DNA from: Acidobacteriota bacterium | GTDB lineage: Bacteria; Acidobacteriota; Polarisedimenticolia; J045 | Direction: 5' to 3' | NCBI GenBank assembly: GCA_025456425.1 | Contig: JALOKP010000007.1 | Coordinates: forward strand, 622-64,621 | DNA length: 64,000 nt | Shown: positions 49,348-57,381 of the stretch, one piece after another | How the letters are laid out: the number at the start of each line of letters is the position of its first letter | Position numbering within the stretch: the first letter of the stretch is position 1 | Program-made: the position numbers and the translations under genes | Notes under the pieces: generated by a model | What the model was told of the DNA's origin: nothing | Databases searched by the model: none | The model's input: the letters and a program-made list of their open reading frames with translations, nothing else

Positions 49348-49571
49348 TTGACCACGATGGTCTCGCGGATCGCCCCCGGGGGCAGGCCGCGAAGCGCATC
49401 GTCCCGGCGATCCTGGAGTATCAGGGCGATCGCCTGCGCGAGGCTCGCGCACGCCTCGACCTTGGTCCTTCCTTGCCCATTCGCGCCCGGAATCTCCGGG
49501 CAGTACGCGATGAAGTACTCGCCGTCCTGCTCGATGATCGCGGTGAACTCGCTCGCCACGCTGATCCCCAT
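49344..49571 (-). CDS. hicB: HicB-like (UPF0150) antitoxin
   Basis: 75 aa. EFTAIIEQDGEYFIAYCPEIPGANGQGRTKVEACASLAQAIALILQDR. Confidence 0.8.
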   Translation of the reverse strand: MGISVASEFTAIIEQDGEYFIAYCPEIPGANGQGRTKVEACASLAQAIALILQDRRDDALRGLPPGAIRETIVVK

Positions 49572-49837
49572 CGCGCCGGCTCCTCTTGGCCCGGCAGCGG
49601 CAGCTTAAGGCCGCGGGCGCCGGGCTGTCGAATCGTAGGGCGTCCCGAAGGGGTGTTCGAGGCCTGGATGAGAGAGTCCGATGCCGCCGTGGGATCTCCA
49701 GGGGCCGCGACGAGCTTCCGCGGCAGCGGAAGGTGATCGGGCGGAAGCGGCAGCGGGGTGGCGAGACCGCATTGCCGACCGCGCGGATACTGCGCCGCGG
49801 CCAGACTCGACCTTGCGGCCGCGCGCGAGGCGGTGCG

Positions 49838-50791
49838 TCACTCCCGGTCAACCGCTGCTCCTCCCGCGGAAGGCCCGGGCCTCCACGGGCCGCCCGGGAG
49901 CCACTCCTGCGGCGAGTCACTCGCCGCGGCGCCCTCGTCGAGCACCGGGTCCAGGAACCGAGCCAGTGCCGCGACGACTGCCGGGAAGTCGGAGGAGACG
50001 CCGCGGATCCTTCCCTTTCGCAGGAAGGCGGCCCACTGTGTCCGCTTGTCCGGCAGCATCCCGAACTCGGCGGTCAGGGCGATCGGGAGTTCTCTTGGAA
50101 CCACCGTCCGACGGCGCTCGAAAGTCGCCCGGATCGCTCGGGAGAGGATCCTGCTGTCGAACCGTTCGTTCTCGGCCAGGGCGTAGATGTCGAAGAAGTC
50201 CCGCATCCGGCTGTTCGCCGTGCCGAGCGTGACCATCGCGTGGACCTTCTCGGCGATCACGGTCTCCGGGCGGTAGGCGCGGAGCCTCGGCCGCGGAAAG
50301 TCGAGAAGACCGGGGTACTCGAGCCACTCGGCCTCCGGTTCCACGGCGTCGCCCACGCCGATGTCCACCTGCACCTTGATGCGTGCGGGCCCGAGCCGCG
50401 CGAGCAGGTCCACCCGCTGTCCTCCGTACACGTCTCCCGGCCGGATCGGGGCCACGCGCACGGCGGCCGGATCGAAGGAGAGCCCGTCCGGCTCGGCTGC
50501 GACGGTGCACAGCTCGCGGAAGGTCCTTGAGATCGCGTCGTCCGTCATCTCTCCGAGGCCGAGAAGGTCCGCGTCACGGGTCGGCCGGAGAGTCTCGCCA
50601 AGCCAGGCGAGCATGAGGAGAGCGCCCTTCAAGATGAAGAGCCCTGCGTGACGAGAAATCGCCAGCCGGTACAGCAACCGCTCGGTCGCGTATCGGGTGA
50701 GCACGAGGTTCGGGTCCACGCCGATCTCCTCGGCGTGCCGAACGAGGCGCACCTGGACCGAGTGCGCGAGCCCGGTCGGCGCCCGGCTCAT
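49838..50791 (-). CDS. abiEii: AbiEii/AbiGii-family nucleotidyltransferase toxin (type IV TA)
   Basis: ATG 50791 overlaps the abiEi stop (ATGA). LVLTRYATERLLYRL...FILKGALLM...RPTRDADLLG...TVIAEKVHAM is typical of the family. Confidence 0.85.
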   Translation of the reverse strand: MSRAPTGLAHSVQVRLVRHAEEIGVDPNLVLTRYATERLLYRLAISRHAGLFILKGALLMLAWLGETLRPTRDADLLGLGEMTDDAISRTFRELCTVAAEPDGLSFDPAAVRVAPIRPGDVYGGQRVDLLARLGPARIKVQVDIGVGDAVEPEAEWLEYPGLLDFPRPRLRAYRPETVIAEKVHAMVTLGTANSRMRDFFDIYALAENERFDSRILSRAIRATFERRRTVVPRELPIALTAEFGMLPDKRTQWAAFLRKGRIRGVSSDFPAVVAALARFLDPVLDEGAAASDSPQEWLPGGPWRPGPSAGGAAVDRE

Positions 50792-51411
50792 CCGACCAGC
50801 GACTCCAGGTAGGGCCGCATCACGCGCTCCACGCGACACGTGCGGGCGTGGCGCGTCAGTGTGGCCATCGTGAATCGGCGGTCGCGCCACGCCTCGCGCA
50901 GCGCCTCCAGCGCCACGGCGAGCCCGACCTTGTGCCGGTACTTGAACAGGTCGGCCAGCGTCTTGGCTACGCTGTAGACGCGCACGGACTGACCCTCGAT
51001 CCGGTGGGTCTCGACTCCCTCGGTCAGCGCTCCGCCGGAGAATCGAACTACGCGCAGGGGGGGCTGACTCAGGAGCGGGGCACGCGCACGCCGGTCGATC
51101 GCCAGCCAGACCTCGAAGGGGATCTCGGTCCCGATCCCGTGGAAGCTGAGCGCGGACAGCAGGCACACAACCCCGCGCGGCGCCGCCTGCGACGCCAGGA
51201 GCAGCCCGTAGTGCTCCGTCACGGCGCGATCCGCCACCCGGTAGAGGCCGCGTGCCACCCGCTCCAGCCGGCCCTCGCGGACGAGGCGGGTGAGTGCCTG
51301 GCTGTGGATCCCGGCGCGCGTGACGTCCCCGGCGCGGATCAGGCCGCGCCGGCGCGCGAGTGCGAGAATCCGGTCGCCGTCGGAGGCGCTCATGTGTTTA
51401 AGTGTATGCAT
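50788..51411 (-). CDS. abiEi: AbiEi-family antitoxin/transcriptional regulator (type IV TA)
   Basis: 207 aa, with an alternative start at 51393. ILALARRRGLIRAGDVTRAGIHSQALTRLVREGRLERVARGLYR...LLSALSFHG is the winged-helix AbiEi N-terminal domain. Confidence 0.85.
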   Translation of the reverse strand: MHTLKHMSASDGDRILALARRRGLIRAGDVTRAGIHSQALTRLVREGRLERVARGLYRVADRAVTEHYGLLLASQAAPRGVVCLLSALSFHGIGTEIPFEVWLAIDRRARAPLLSQPPLRVVRFSGGALTEGVETHRIEGQSVRVYSVAKTLADLFKYRHKVGLAVALEALREAWRDRRFTMATLTRHARTCRVERVMRPYLESLVG

Positions 51412-51498
51412 TTGTGTATATCTGTCAACATTTTCCCACTACCGCGGCGCCCGGAGAACCGCTCGGGCGCGGTTCATCGCCTTCAAGTGTCACATTCC

Positions 51499-51768
51499 AT
51501 GCCCGCCACGGCGACTCCAAGCGTTGCCGGAGTGGGATCGTGGCCGCGGCGTCGGTTGGGCTCGGCGATCCGCAAGGAGCCCCGCCCTCATGTGCACGAC
51601 CGGCACGGCACCGGCCTGGTCCAAATCTGGCTTGCTCCTGCCATCGAAGTTGCGTCACACTCCCGCATGGACGCACCGAGCCTCTCGAGGGCACTCCGGC
51701 TCGTGCGCCAGAACGAGGATCTCCTCCGTGCCGCGTGGGAATCGCATCGCCGCTCCGACGATCGCTGA
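51499..51768 (+). CDS. DUF4160-domain protein
   Basis: ATG 51499. ...EPRPHVHDRHGTGLVQIWLAPAIEVASHSRMDAPSLSRALRLVRQNEDLLRAAWE matches the DUF4160 pattern (pPHvHv...g.a.i.l.p......g......l..v..n...l...W). The start is uncertain. Confidence 0.6.
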   Translation: MPATATPSVAGVGSWPRRRLGSAIRKEPRPHVHDRHGTGLVQIWLAPAIEVASHSRMDAPSLSRALRLVRQNEDLLRAAWESHRRSDDR

Positions 51769-51985
51769 GCTGACCGAGGCCGGCTTCTGGCTCGTCCTCG
51801 ACGCGCGCCGGATCTTCGTCGAATTCCGCGAGTTCCCGTGGTTTCGGGGCCGCTCGCGCGAGGAGCTGGAGTCCATCGAACGTCCCTTCCCCGATGAACT
51901 CCGCTGGCCCGAGCTGGACGTCGACCTGGCGGTCGACTCGCTGCTCCACCCGGAGCGGTACCCGCTGCGGTTCGGGGGGCTCTGA
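51728..51985 (+). CDS. DUF2442-domain protein
   Basis: GTG 51728. FWLVLDARRIFVEFREFPWFRGRSREELESIERPFPDELRWPELDVDLAVDSL is the DUF2442 signature (l.Wp.lDvDl). Confidence 0.65.
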   Translation: MPRGNRIAAPTIAELTEAGFWLVLDARRIFVEFREFPWFRGRSREELESIERPFPDELRWPELDVDLAVDSLLHPERYPLRFGGL

Positions 51986-51992
51986 GCCCTCC

Positions 51993-52307
51993 ATGGCGAC
52001 CCGAGCGAAGCACCCCCCCATTCACCCCGGCGAGGTTCTCGCCGCGGACTTCCTCGCGCCCTTGAATCTCTCCCAGTACCGCCTCGCCCGGAGCATCAGC
52101 GTGCCGCCCCGGCGCATCAACGAGATCGTCCACGGCGAGCGGGCGATTTCGGCCGACACGGCCCTTCGCTTCGCGCGGTTCTTCGGCACCTCCGACCGCT
52201 TCTGGCTGAACCTGCAGACGCGCTACGACCTCGAGGTCGAGCGTGACCGCCTCGGCGCACGCCTCGACCAGGAGGTCACGCCCTTGGCCGCGGTGCGGGC
52301 CGGGTGA
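51993..52307 (+). CDS. higA: HigA-family (VapI-type) HTH antitoxin with no adjacent HigB
   Basis: ATG 51993. IHPGEVLAADFLAPLNLSQYRLARSISVPPRRINEIVHGERAISADTALRFARFFGTSDRFWLNLQTRYDLE is the canonical HigA sequence. Confidence 0.85.
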   Translation: MATRAKHPPIHPGEVLAADFLAPLNLSQYRLARSISVPPRRINEIVHGERAISADTALRFARFFGTSDRFWLNLQTRYDLEVERDRLGARLDQEVTPLAAVRAG

Positions 52308-52400
52308 CGGGGTGCCCGGGCCTGCCCCCGGGGCGGGTGGCAGGCGCGTCGCTCCTCCGCCTGGTCGATCATCACCGGGCCCTTCTGTTGGAGGCGTGGC

Positions 52401-52697
52401 ATGACGACTTCGCGCACTGACCTGACGCCCGTCGCGGTCAATGTCCTCTGCACGGAAGACGCCCTCGAAATCACGCTCTCCGACGGTCGCCGCCTGTCCG
52501 TGCCGCTCTGGTGGTTCCCGCGTCTCCTCCGCGCCACACCGGACCAGCGCGCGCGCTGGGAACTGATCGGGCAGGGCGAGGGGATTCACTGGCCCGACGT
52601 GGACGAGGACCTGGAGGTCGAGCACCTCTTCTCGTATTCGCTCCGGCCGCTCCCGGCGAGTGCCGCCGACTGGAAGCCTCCACGTATCGAGCCGTAG
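52401..52697 (+). CDS. DUF2442-domain protein
   Basis: 98 aa. ALEITLSDGRRLSVPLWWFPRLLRATPDQRARWELIGQGEGIHWPDVDEDLEVEHL. Confidence 0.75.
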   Translation: MTTSRTDLTPVAVNVLCTEDALEITLSDGRRLSVPLWWFPRLLRATPDQRARWELIGQGEGIHWPDVDEDLEVEHLFSYSLRPLPASAADWKPPRIEP

Positions 52698-52857
52698 ACG
52701 GACAAGGTCCACGGCTCCCCCCTCCACCTCCCGCCGCATCCGCCCCGCACCTCCGCGCGACTCCCGCCCCGCGCAACGCGTCGCCCTCCCCTTCCCGCGG
52801 CGCCGCCCCCGCGTACGCTCCAGGCACCGGCACTCCCGCCCGGCGAATGGAGGCCCG

Positions 52858-53820
52858 ATGCTCCGCCGCGCCCGCCTCGCCGCACTCGTCCTCCCCGCCC
52901 TGTTCCTGCCCGCCGCAGCGAGTGCGGCGCGCCCGACCGAGCCGCCGACGCTCTGGGACTTCGCGCGCGAGGCCGAGTTGATCGTCTACGCCGACATCCG
53001 CTCGGTCCAGCCGCTGCCGGAGCCGGAGGAGTAGACCCGGAACGACGCGATCGCGCGACTCATCGTGCTGGAGGCCTGGAAGGGCGAGGATCCCGCCATC
53101 GTCGACGTCCCTCATCGCACCTGGACGGGCTGCTCCACGCCGCCGAGGTACGTCGAGGGCCGGTTCGTCGTCGACTTCCTCGCGCGGAAAGGGGCGGCGT
53201 GGGCCACCCTGAAGCTCGCCTACGACACGATCTTTCCCCGCGCCGAAGACCTCTCCGCGCTGCGCGCCAGCGTCCGCGAGGCGGCGCGGCTGCAGGCCAA
53301 GGGGCGCGCCAAGGAACCCCTCCGCGTCGCCTGGGCGGTGCGCGCCGCAACCCATCCCGTCACGCGCTGGGACGGGCTCTTCGAGCTGATGCCCTCCTCC
53401 GACATCCTGCACTCCGCCTACGCCCCGAAGCCGACGCCGGACACCTCCGCCCGCCTCAAGCCCGAGCAGAAGCGCGCCCTGGCCGCGGCCGGCGTCGCGC
53501 AGCCGAGCCTCGATCGGACGCTGCCGATGCTCCTGGCCGTGCTGCGCGGCTATCCCGATCCCGACCTGGACCGGCTCGCGGGCGGCGCGATCGAGGGGCT
53601 GCTGGCCGAGGACGAGCCCCCGTGGTGGACGCGCGACGTCCTGCTGCGCGGACTCGAGCGCCTCGGTGATCCGAAGCTCGAGGCCTACCGCGAGCAGTTG
53701 GGCGAGGAGTTCGAGGAGCCCGACCCGGACGTGATGCGCACGATCTGGGACGAAGCCCGCCGCGACCTGGCCCTGCCGAACTTCCCGAAGCTCCGCCGGC
53801 GCGCGCCGGCGGCCTGGTGA
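52858..53820 (+). pseudogene. Exported hypothetical protein interrupted by an in-frame TAG at 53032-53034
   Basis: ATG 52858 follows a ggagg SD. The signal peptide is MLRRARLAALVLPALFLPAAASAARP. The same reading frame continues straight through TAG (…PLPEPEE*TRNDAIARLIVLEAWKGEDP…) into the 251-aa ORF 53065..53820. Confidence 0.55.
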
Positions 53821-53978
53821 GCCGGGGCACTCGCATCGTCCGCTCGGCGCGCGCGCGTGCGCTTCCCGCAGGCGGGACGGGCTGCTTCGACGCAGGTTTC
53901 ACGGCGCTCGCTCGCCGCGCATCCTGAAGGCACCGCGCGATGACGGGGTGGGCCGGGGGGCACGCTCTGACATCGCCC

Positions 53979-54007
53979 TTGACCGGGGTGCGCCAATGGC
54001 GTATATG
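53979..54007 (+). promoter_or_regulatory. Sigma70-like promoter TTGACC-N17-TATATG ending 5 nt before the higB2-like GTG (possible leaderless mRNA)
   Basis: ttgacc ggggtgcgccaatggcg tatatg tcgcg GTG, read directly. Confidence 0.35.
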
Positions 54008-54012
54008 TCGCG

Positions 54013-54327
54013 GTGAAGTTCATCGAGACGGAGGGCTTCGCCCGTCGAGCCCGGGAACTCATGTCGGAGGACGCGCTCGCCTCCCTCAGGGAGTGGCTGG
54101 CGAGCCATCCGGAGTGGGGGTCCGTGATCCCGGGCTGCGCGGGGCTCCGCAAGCTGCGCTGGGCGCTTCCTGGACGCGGCAAGCGGGGAAGTCTCCGGGT
54201 GCTGTACCTCTCGTGGCCGGCCCACGAGTCGATCGTGTTGGTTCACGTCTACGGAAAGAACCGGGGAGAGCCCTCATGGGAGCAGCTCAGACGGCTGGCA
54301 AGAGACGCGCGAAGAAGCCTGGGATGA
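54013..54327 (+). CDS. RelE/HigB-2-like toxin
   Basis: 104 aa. MKFIETEGFARRARELMSEDALASLREWLASHPEWGSVIPGCAGLRKLRWALPGRGKRGSLRVLYLSWPAHESIVLVHVYGKN is the typical sequence of this toxin family. Confidence 0.8.
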   Translation: MKFIETEGFARRARELMSEDALASLREWLASHPEWGSVIPGCAGLRKLRWALPGRGKRGSLRVLYLSWPAHESIVLVHVYGKNRGEPSWEQLRRLARDARRSLG

Positions 54328-54614
54328 GCGAGGCCGACTTTCAGGAGCTGCTGGAGAGCGTCCGCGAGGCCGGCGCCATCATGCGCGGCCAGCGCAAGCC
54401 CGCCCGCGTCACGGTGGTCGAGCCGGTCCACGTGCAGGCGATCCGCAGGCGGCTGGGCATGACGCAGCCGGAGTTCGCGCGGCTGATCGGCGTCAGCGTG
54501 GCCACGCTGCGCAACTGGGAGCAGGGGCGCCGCCAGCCGCACGGCCCGGCCCGCGCCCTGCTCAAGGTCGCCGCGAAGAACCCGAAGGCCGTACTGGACG
54601 CGCAGCGTGGGTGA
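54324..54614 (+). CDS. XRE-type HTH antitoxin (HigA-2/NadS-like)
   Basis: ATG 54324 overlaps the toxin stop (ATGA). VHVQAIRRRLGMTQPEFARLIGVSVATLRNWEQGRRQPHGPARALLKVAAKNP. Confidence 0.85.
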   Translation: MSEADFQELLESVREAGAIMRGQRKPARVTVVEPVHVQAIRRRLGMTQPEFARLIGVSVATLRNWEQGRRQPHGPARALLKVAAKNPKAVLDAQRG

Positions 54615-54671
54615 CACCGATCCGGGCTCGCCGTGGGGGACTGTGGAGCTCGCCCAGGGTAGAATGCCATC

Positions 54672-54899
54672 GTGATTCGCGACCCAAAGCCGCTCCGGGA
54701 ACTCGACGACCGCCTCGCTGCGAGCGGGGTCGTTGACTTCGCGGCCAACCGCCGCGTGTTCGCAGAGCTCTGGGAACACGCCGTCCGGCTGGGCGTCCTG
54801 CCGCCCGCCGATCCGCTGGACGGCATCGAGGTCGATCTGCGGCTCGCGGAGGCGCTGAATGTTCGACGCACTGCTCGCACGGATCGCCCAGGCGCTTGA
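54672..54899 (+). CDS. Small hypothetical protein, of the kind usually found upstream of small nucleotidyltransferase genes
   Basis: 75 aa. ...VDFAANRRVFAELWEHAVRLGVLPPADPLDGIEVDLRLAEALN. The assignment rests on remembered family resemblance only. Confidence 0.45.
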   Translation: MIRDPKPLRELDDRLAASGVVDFAANRRVFAELWEHAVRLGVLPPADPLDGIEVDLRLAEALNVRRTARTDRPGA

Positions 54900-55011
54900 C
54901 GAACGCGCGATCCCCTACATGGTCATCGGCGGACAGGCCGTGCTGCTCGACGGCGAACCGGACGGGCGCAGCGGCCTCATCCGCCGACCCGGCGGAATCC
55001 CCGCATTCTGA
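54859..55011 (+). pseudogene. Truncated nucleotidyltransferase remnant (50 codons)
   Basis: MFDALLARIAQALDERAIPYMVIGGQAVLLDGEP then diverges (DGRSGLIRRPGGIPAF*). Intact relatives continue ...GEPR.TrDiDi with the catalytic Asp residues. Confidence 0.4.
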
Positions 55012-55032
55012 GTCCCGCCGCTTTTCTCTCCG

Positions 55033-56181
55033 CTACCCCTCCGCCGCCACGACCTCCACGCCGCAGTCGCTGCAGCGGACGGCGGCGGCCGTGTAGTCCG
55101 CAAGGCAGCGCGGGCACCAGGCCACCACGCCCGGCTCCCGCGACGGGCGCTTGGCGGGGCCCTCCCCGGCGAGCCGCCGCTCCAGCGCCGCGCGCTCGCG
55201 CTCGCGCTGCCACGCCACGCACGCTGCGGCGGCGCCGTCCCCGTCGGCGGGCAGCGCCGGCTCGGCCGGGAAGCAGGCCTCGCGGAGCCAGGCGCGGAGC
55301 TGCTCGTCGGCCCGGGACGCGGGGAGCAACGCCGCCGCCAGCGCCGCCGGGTGCGCGTCCCCGAAGGCGTCGTGCGCCAGCACGTCGATCGCCCGCAGCG
55401 CGGACACGGGGGAGAGCGCGGCGGTGAGGACGGGGCGCCAGCGCTGCGACGCCGCCCCGGGGAACAGCACCCGGTGCGCCCGCCGCAGTTCCCACGCCGT
55501 CGCACCCATCAGCGCGATCAGCCCGAGCAGGAGCGGCGCCCAGGAGGCAGCCAGACCCCGGACCCAGGCGACGGCGGGCACCACGGCGAACAGGAACAGG
55601 AAGAGCGCGATCGCCAGCACCCGAAGCGACTGCGTCTGCTCCTCGAACTGCAGCGCCCGGGCGCGGGCGCGCGCGTCGTCCAGCGCCGCGTCGAGCGCCC
55701 GGTCGACCCGCTCGCGGAACTCCGTTTCGGGCGCCTGTCCCGCCAGCGCGCGGAGTTCCCCGGCGAGCGCCGCGAGCCGCGCGGCCAGCGCGTGCGACCC
55801 GACGCGCACCAGCCGCTCGCCCCCGGCGAAGAGGTCCCCCTCCCGCGCCGCGACCGGCGCGAGATCGCTCCAGCTCACGAAGCGCGCCCTGCCCTCGGCC
55901 CGCGGGCCGGGGTTGAAGGCCGCGGCGGCGCACGGGACAACCCCCTGCGGTGAGAAACAGACCGGCCACGGCTGCGTCACGAACAACCCGCGGTCGGGTC
56001 GCCAGGGCGGCGTCCAGGCGGCGGCCCGCGCGCCGAAGGCGGGGGCCCCTGCCGTCCCCTCGAACTCCGTCCCCCCGAGCGGCCCGGGCCGCGCGATCAC
56101 GACGCCGCGCGGCAGCCACGAGACGCACTCCACCAGGTAGAGCCCGACGAGGACGGCCAGGAGCAGCTGCGCGTCGGTCAT
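55033..56181 (-). CDS. Membrane protein with a C-terminal zinc-ribbon
   Basis: ATG 56181. It has an N-terminal TM segment (LLLAVLVGLYLVECV) and internal TM helices (VLAIALFLFLFAVVPAVAW; LLLGLIALMGATAW). The C-terminus is WCPRCLADYTAAAVRCSDCG. Confidence 0.65.
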   Translation of the reverse strand: MTDAQLLLAVLVGLYLVECVSWLPRGVVIARPGPLGGTEFEGTAGAPAFGARAAAWTPPWRPDRGLFVTQPWPVCFSPQGVVPCAAAAFNPGPRAEGRARFVSWSDLAPVAAREGDLFAGGERLVRVGSHALAARLAALAGELRALAGQAPETEFRERVDRALDAALDDARARARALQFEEQTQSLRVLAIALFLFLFAVVPAVAWVRGLAASWAPLLLGLIALMGATAWELRRAHRVLFPGAASQRWRPVLTAALSPVSALRAIDVLAHDAFGDAHPAALAAALLPASRADEQLRAWLREACFPAEPALPADGDGAAAACVAWQRERERAALERRLAGEGPAKRPSREPGVVAWCPRCLADYTAAAVRCSDCGVEVVAAEG

Positions 56182-57095
56182 CCGATCGGGGTGTTTTCCG
56201 GCGGAGGCGGAGGCGGCCCCTCGGCGGTCACCGGTGAGGCCTCGCCGCGGGACGAACCGAACAGCTTGCGCAGCCCGGCGGCCCCGGCCACCAGCGCCGC
56301 GACGATCAGCTTCCAGAACTTCTGCAGCAGCCCGGTCTTGACCGCGGCCGCCGCGGCGCCGCCGGCGATCAGCGCGGTGAGGCCGTAGCCGGCGAGCCGG
56401 TCGCCCTTCTTGTACTCGGCGTAGCGGAAGCCTTGGTTGTAGCTGAACCCGGACAGCATCGAGTTGAACGCCGGAAGGGCCACTTCCATCTCTTCGGGCG
56501 AGGCGACCAGCGTCACCTGCATCACGCCGTCGCGCCCCAGGATGCGGACGTTGTGGTTGACCGTCTCGTGACCGTCCGCGCTCCGCGCGCGCGTCGACCA
56601 GGTCAGGTTGTTGGTCTTCACGTCGTAGTAGGGCGGCCGGATCCAGCCGATCAGCTCCAGCGTCTCCCAGCCGCGTGCCCGCCGCTCTTCGTTGCCCTTC
56701 CTGTTGCCTTCCATCATGGTCTGGAGCAGGGCGTTGGCGTCGATGCTGTTCTTCTCCTCGTCGCTGACGTATCCGACGTCCTCGAACTCGAAGATCGCAA
56801 ACCACGCTCCCCCGTCGAACTCCTCCGCGACCGATCCGACTTCGTTCCCGGTCGGGATGTTCTGCGTCATGCGCAGCAGGTCCATCGTGCCGGCCACGTC
56901 CGTGAACAGCATCCCCTTCGGGACCCGGAGTTCCGCGCGCTTGCCGAGGTCGCCCGTCAACGGTCCGACCTTCCACGGGATGACCTTCGGCTCGACCGGT
57001 GCCGGGGTGTTCCCGCGCGGCTCTTCCGCGCGCACTCCCGCGATTCCCAACCACGCGACGACGGTGCAGCAGACGGCGACGACGATCCTGTTCAC
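56178..57095 (-). CDS. DUF2167-family membrane-anchored protein
   Basis: 305 aa with a signal peptide. FEFEDVGYVSDEEKNSIDANALLQTMMEGNRKGNEERRARGWETLELIGWIRPPYYDVKTNNLTWS is the family core. There is a C-terminal TM helix. The stop overlaps the next ATG (ATGA). Confidence 0.8.
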   Translation of the reverse strand: MNRIVVAVCCTVVAWLGIAGVRAEEPRGNTPAPVEPKVIPWKVGPLTGDLGKRAELRVPKGMLFTDVAGTMDLLRMTQNIPTGNEVGSVAEEFDGGAWFAIFEFEDVGYVSDEEKNSIDANALLQTMMEGNRKGNEERRARGWETLELIGWIRPPYYDVKTNNLTWSTRARSADGHETVNHNVRILGRDGVMQVTLVASPEEMEVALPAFNSMLSGFSYNQGFRYAEYKKGDRLAGYGLTALIAGGAAAAAVKTGLLQKFWKLIVAALVAGAAGLRKLFGSSRGEASPVTAEGPPPPPPENTPIG

Positions 57096-57381
57096 CGTGG
57101 ACCTCCTTTCGGGGGAAGGAGCGGGATAAGTCTATCAAACGGCAAGGTGCGAAGGGCGCGGCGCGGGGCTGGAGAGCGCTCCGGAAGCCGGCGCGGCAGG
57201 CCGCGAACGGCGCTCGCGTCGCGGAGGCCGGGCTGCCCCTCTCGCTTCCTTACAGCAATCTGCGATAGATAATCCGAGTCGTGTCGCCACGGCACGACCC
57301 GGTCCGCGCGGGCAGATCGCCGACGCGCCGCGAATCCTCGGGCCGCCCGCCGCCCCCCTCTCCCCTATACTCCGCCCCGCG

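Noticed and set aside
51393-51440. AT-rich divergent spacer between abiEi and the DUF4160 gene with repeated GTGT motifs and an ATGCAT palindrome, considered as AbiEi operator repeats.
   Set aside because: I could not define a convincing inverted repeat pair by eye, and part of the region may be coding if abiEi starts at 51411.
53032-53034. In-frame TAG as a recoded codon (pyrrolysine or suppression).
   Set aside because: TAG is used as an ordinary stop elsewhere in the window (35373, 49151, 52695, 61961) and no pyl genes are visible. A nonsense mutation or sequencing error is more parsimonious.
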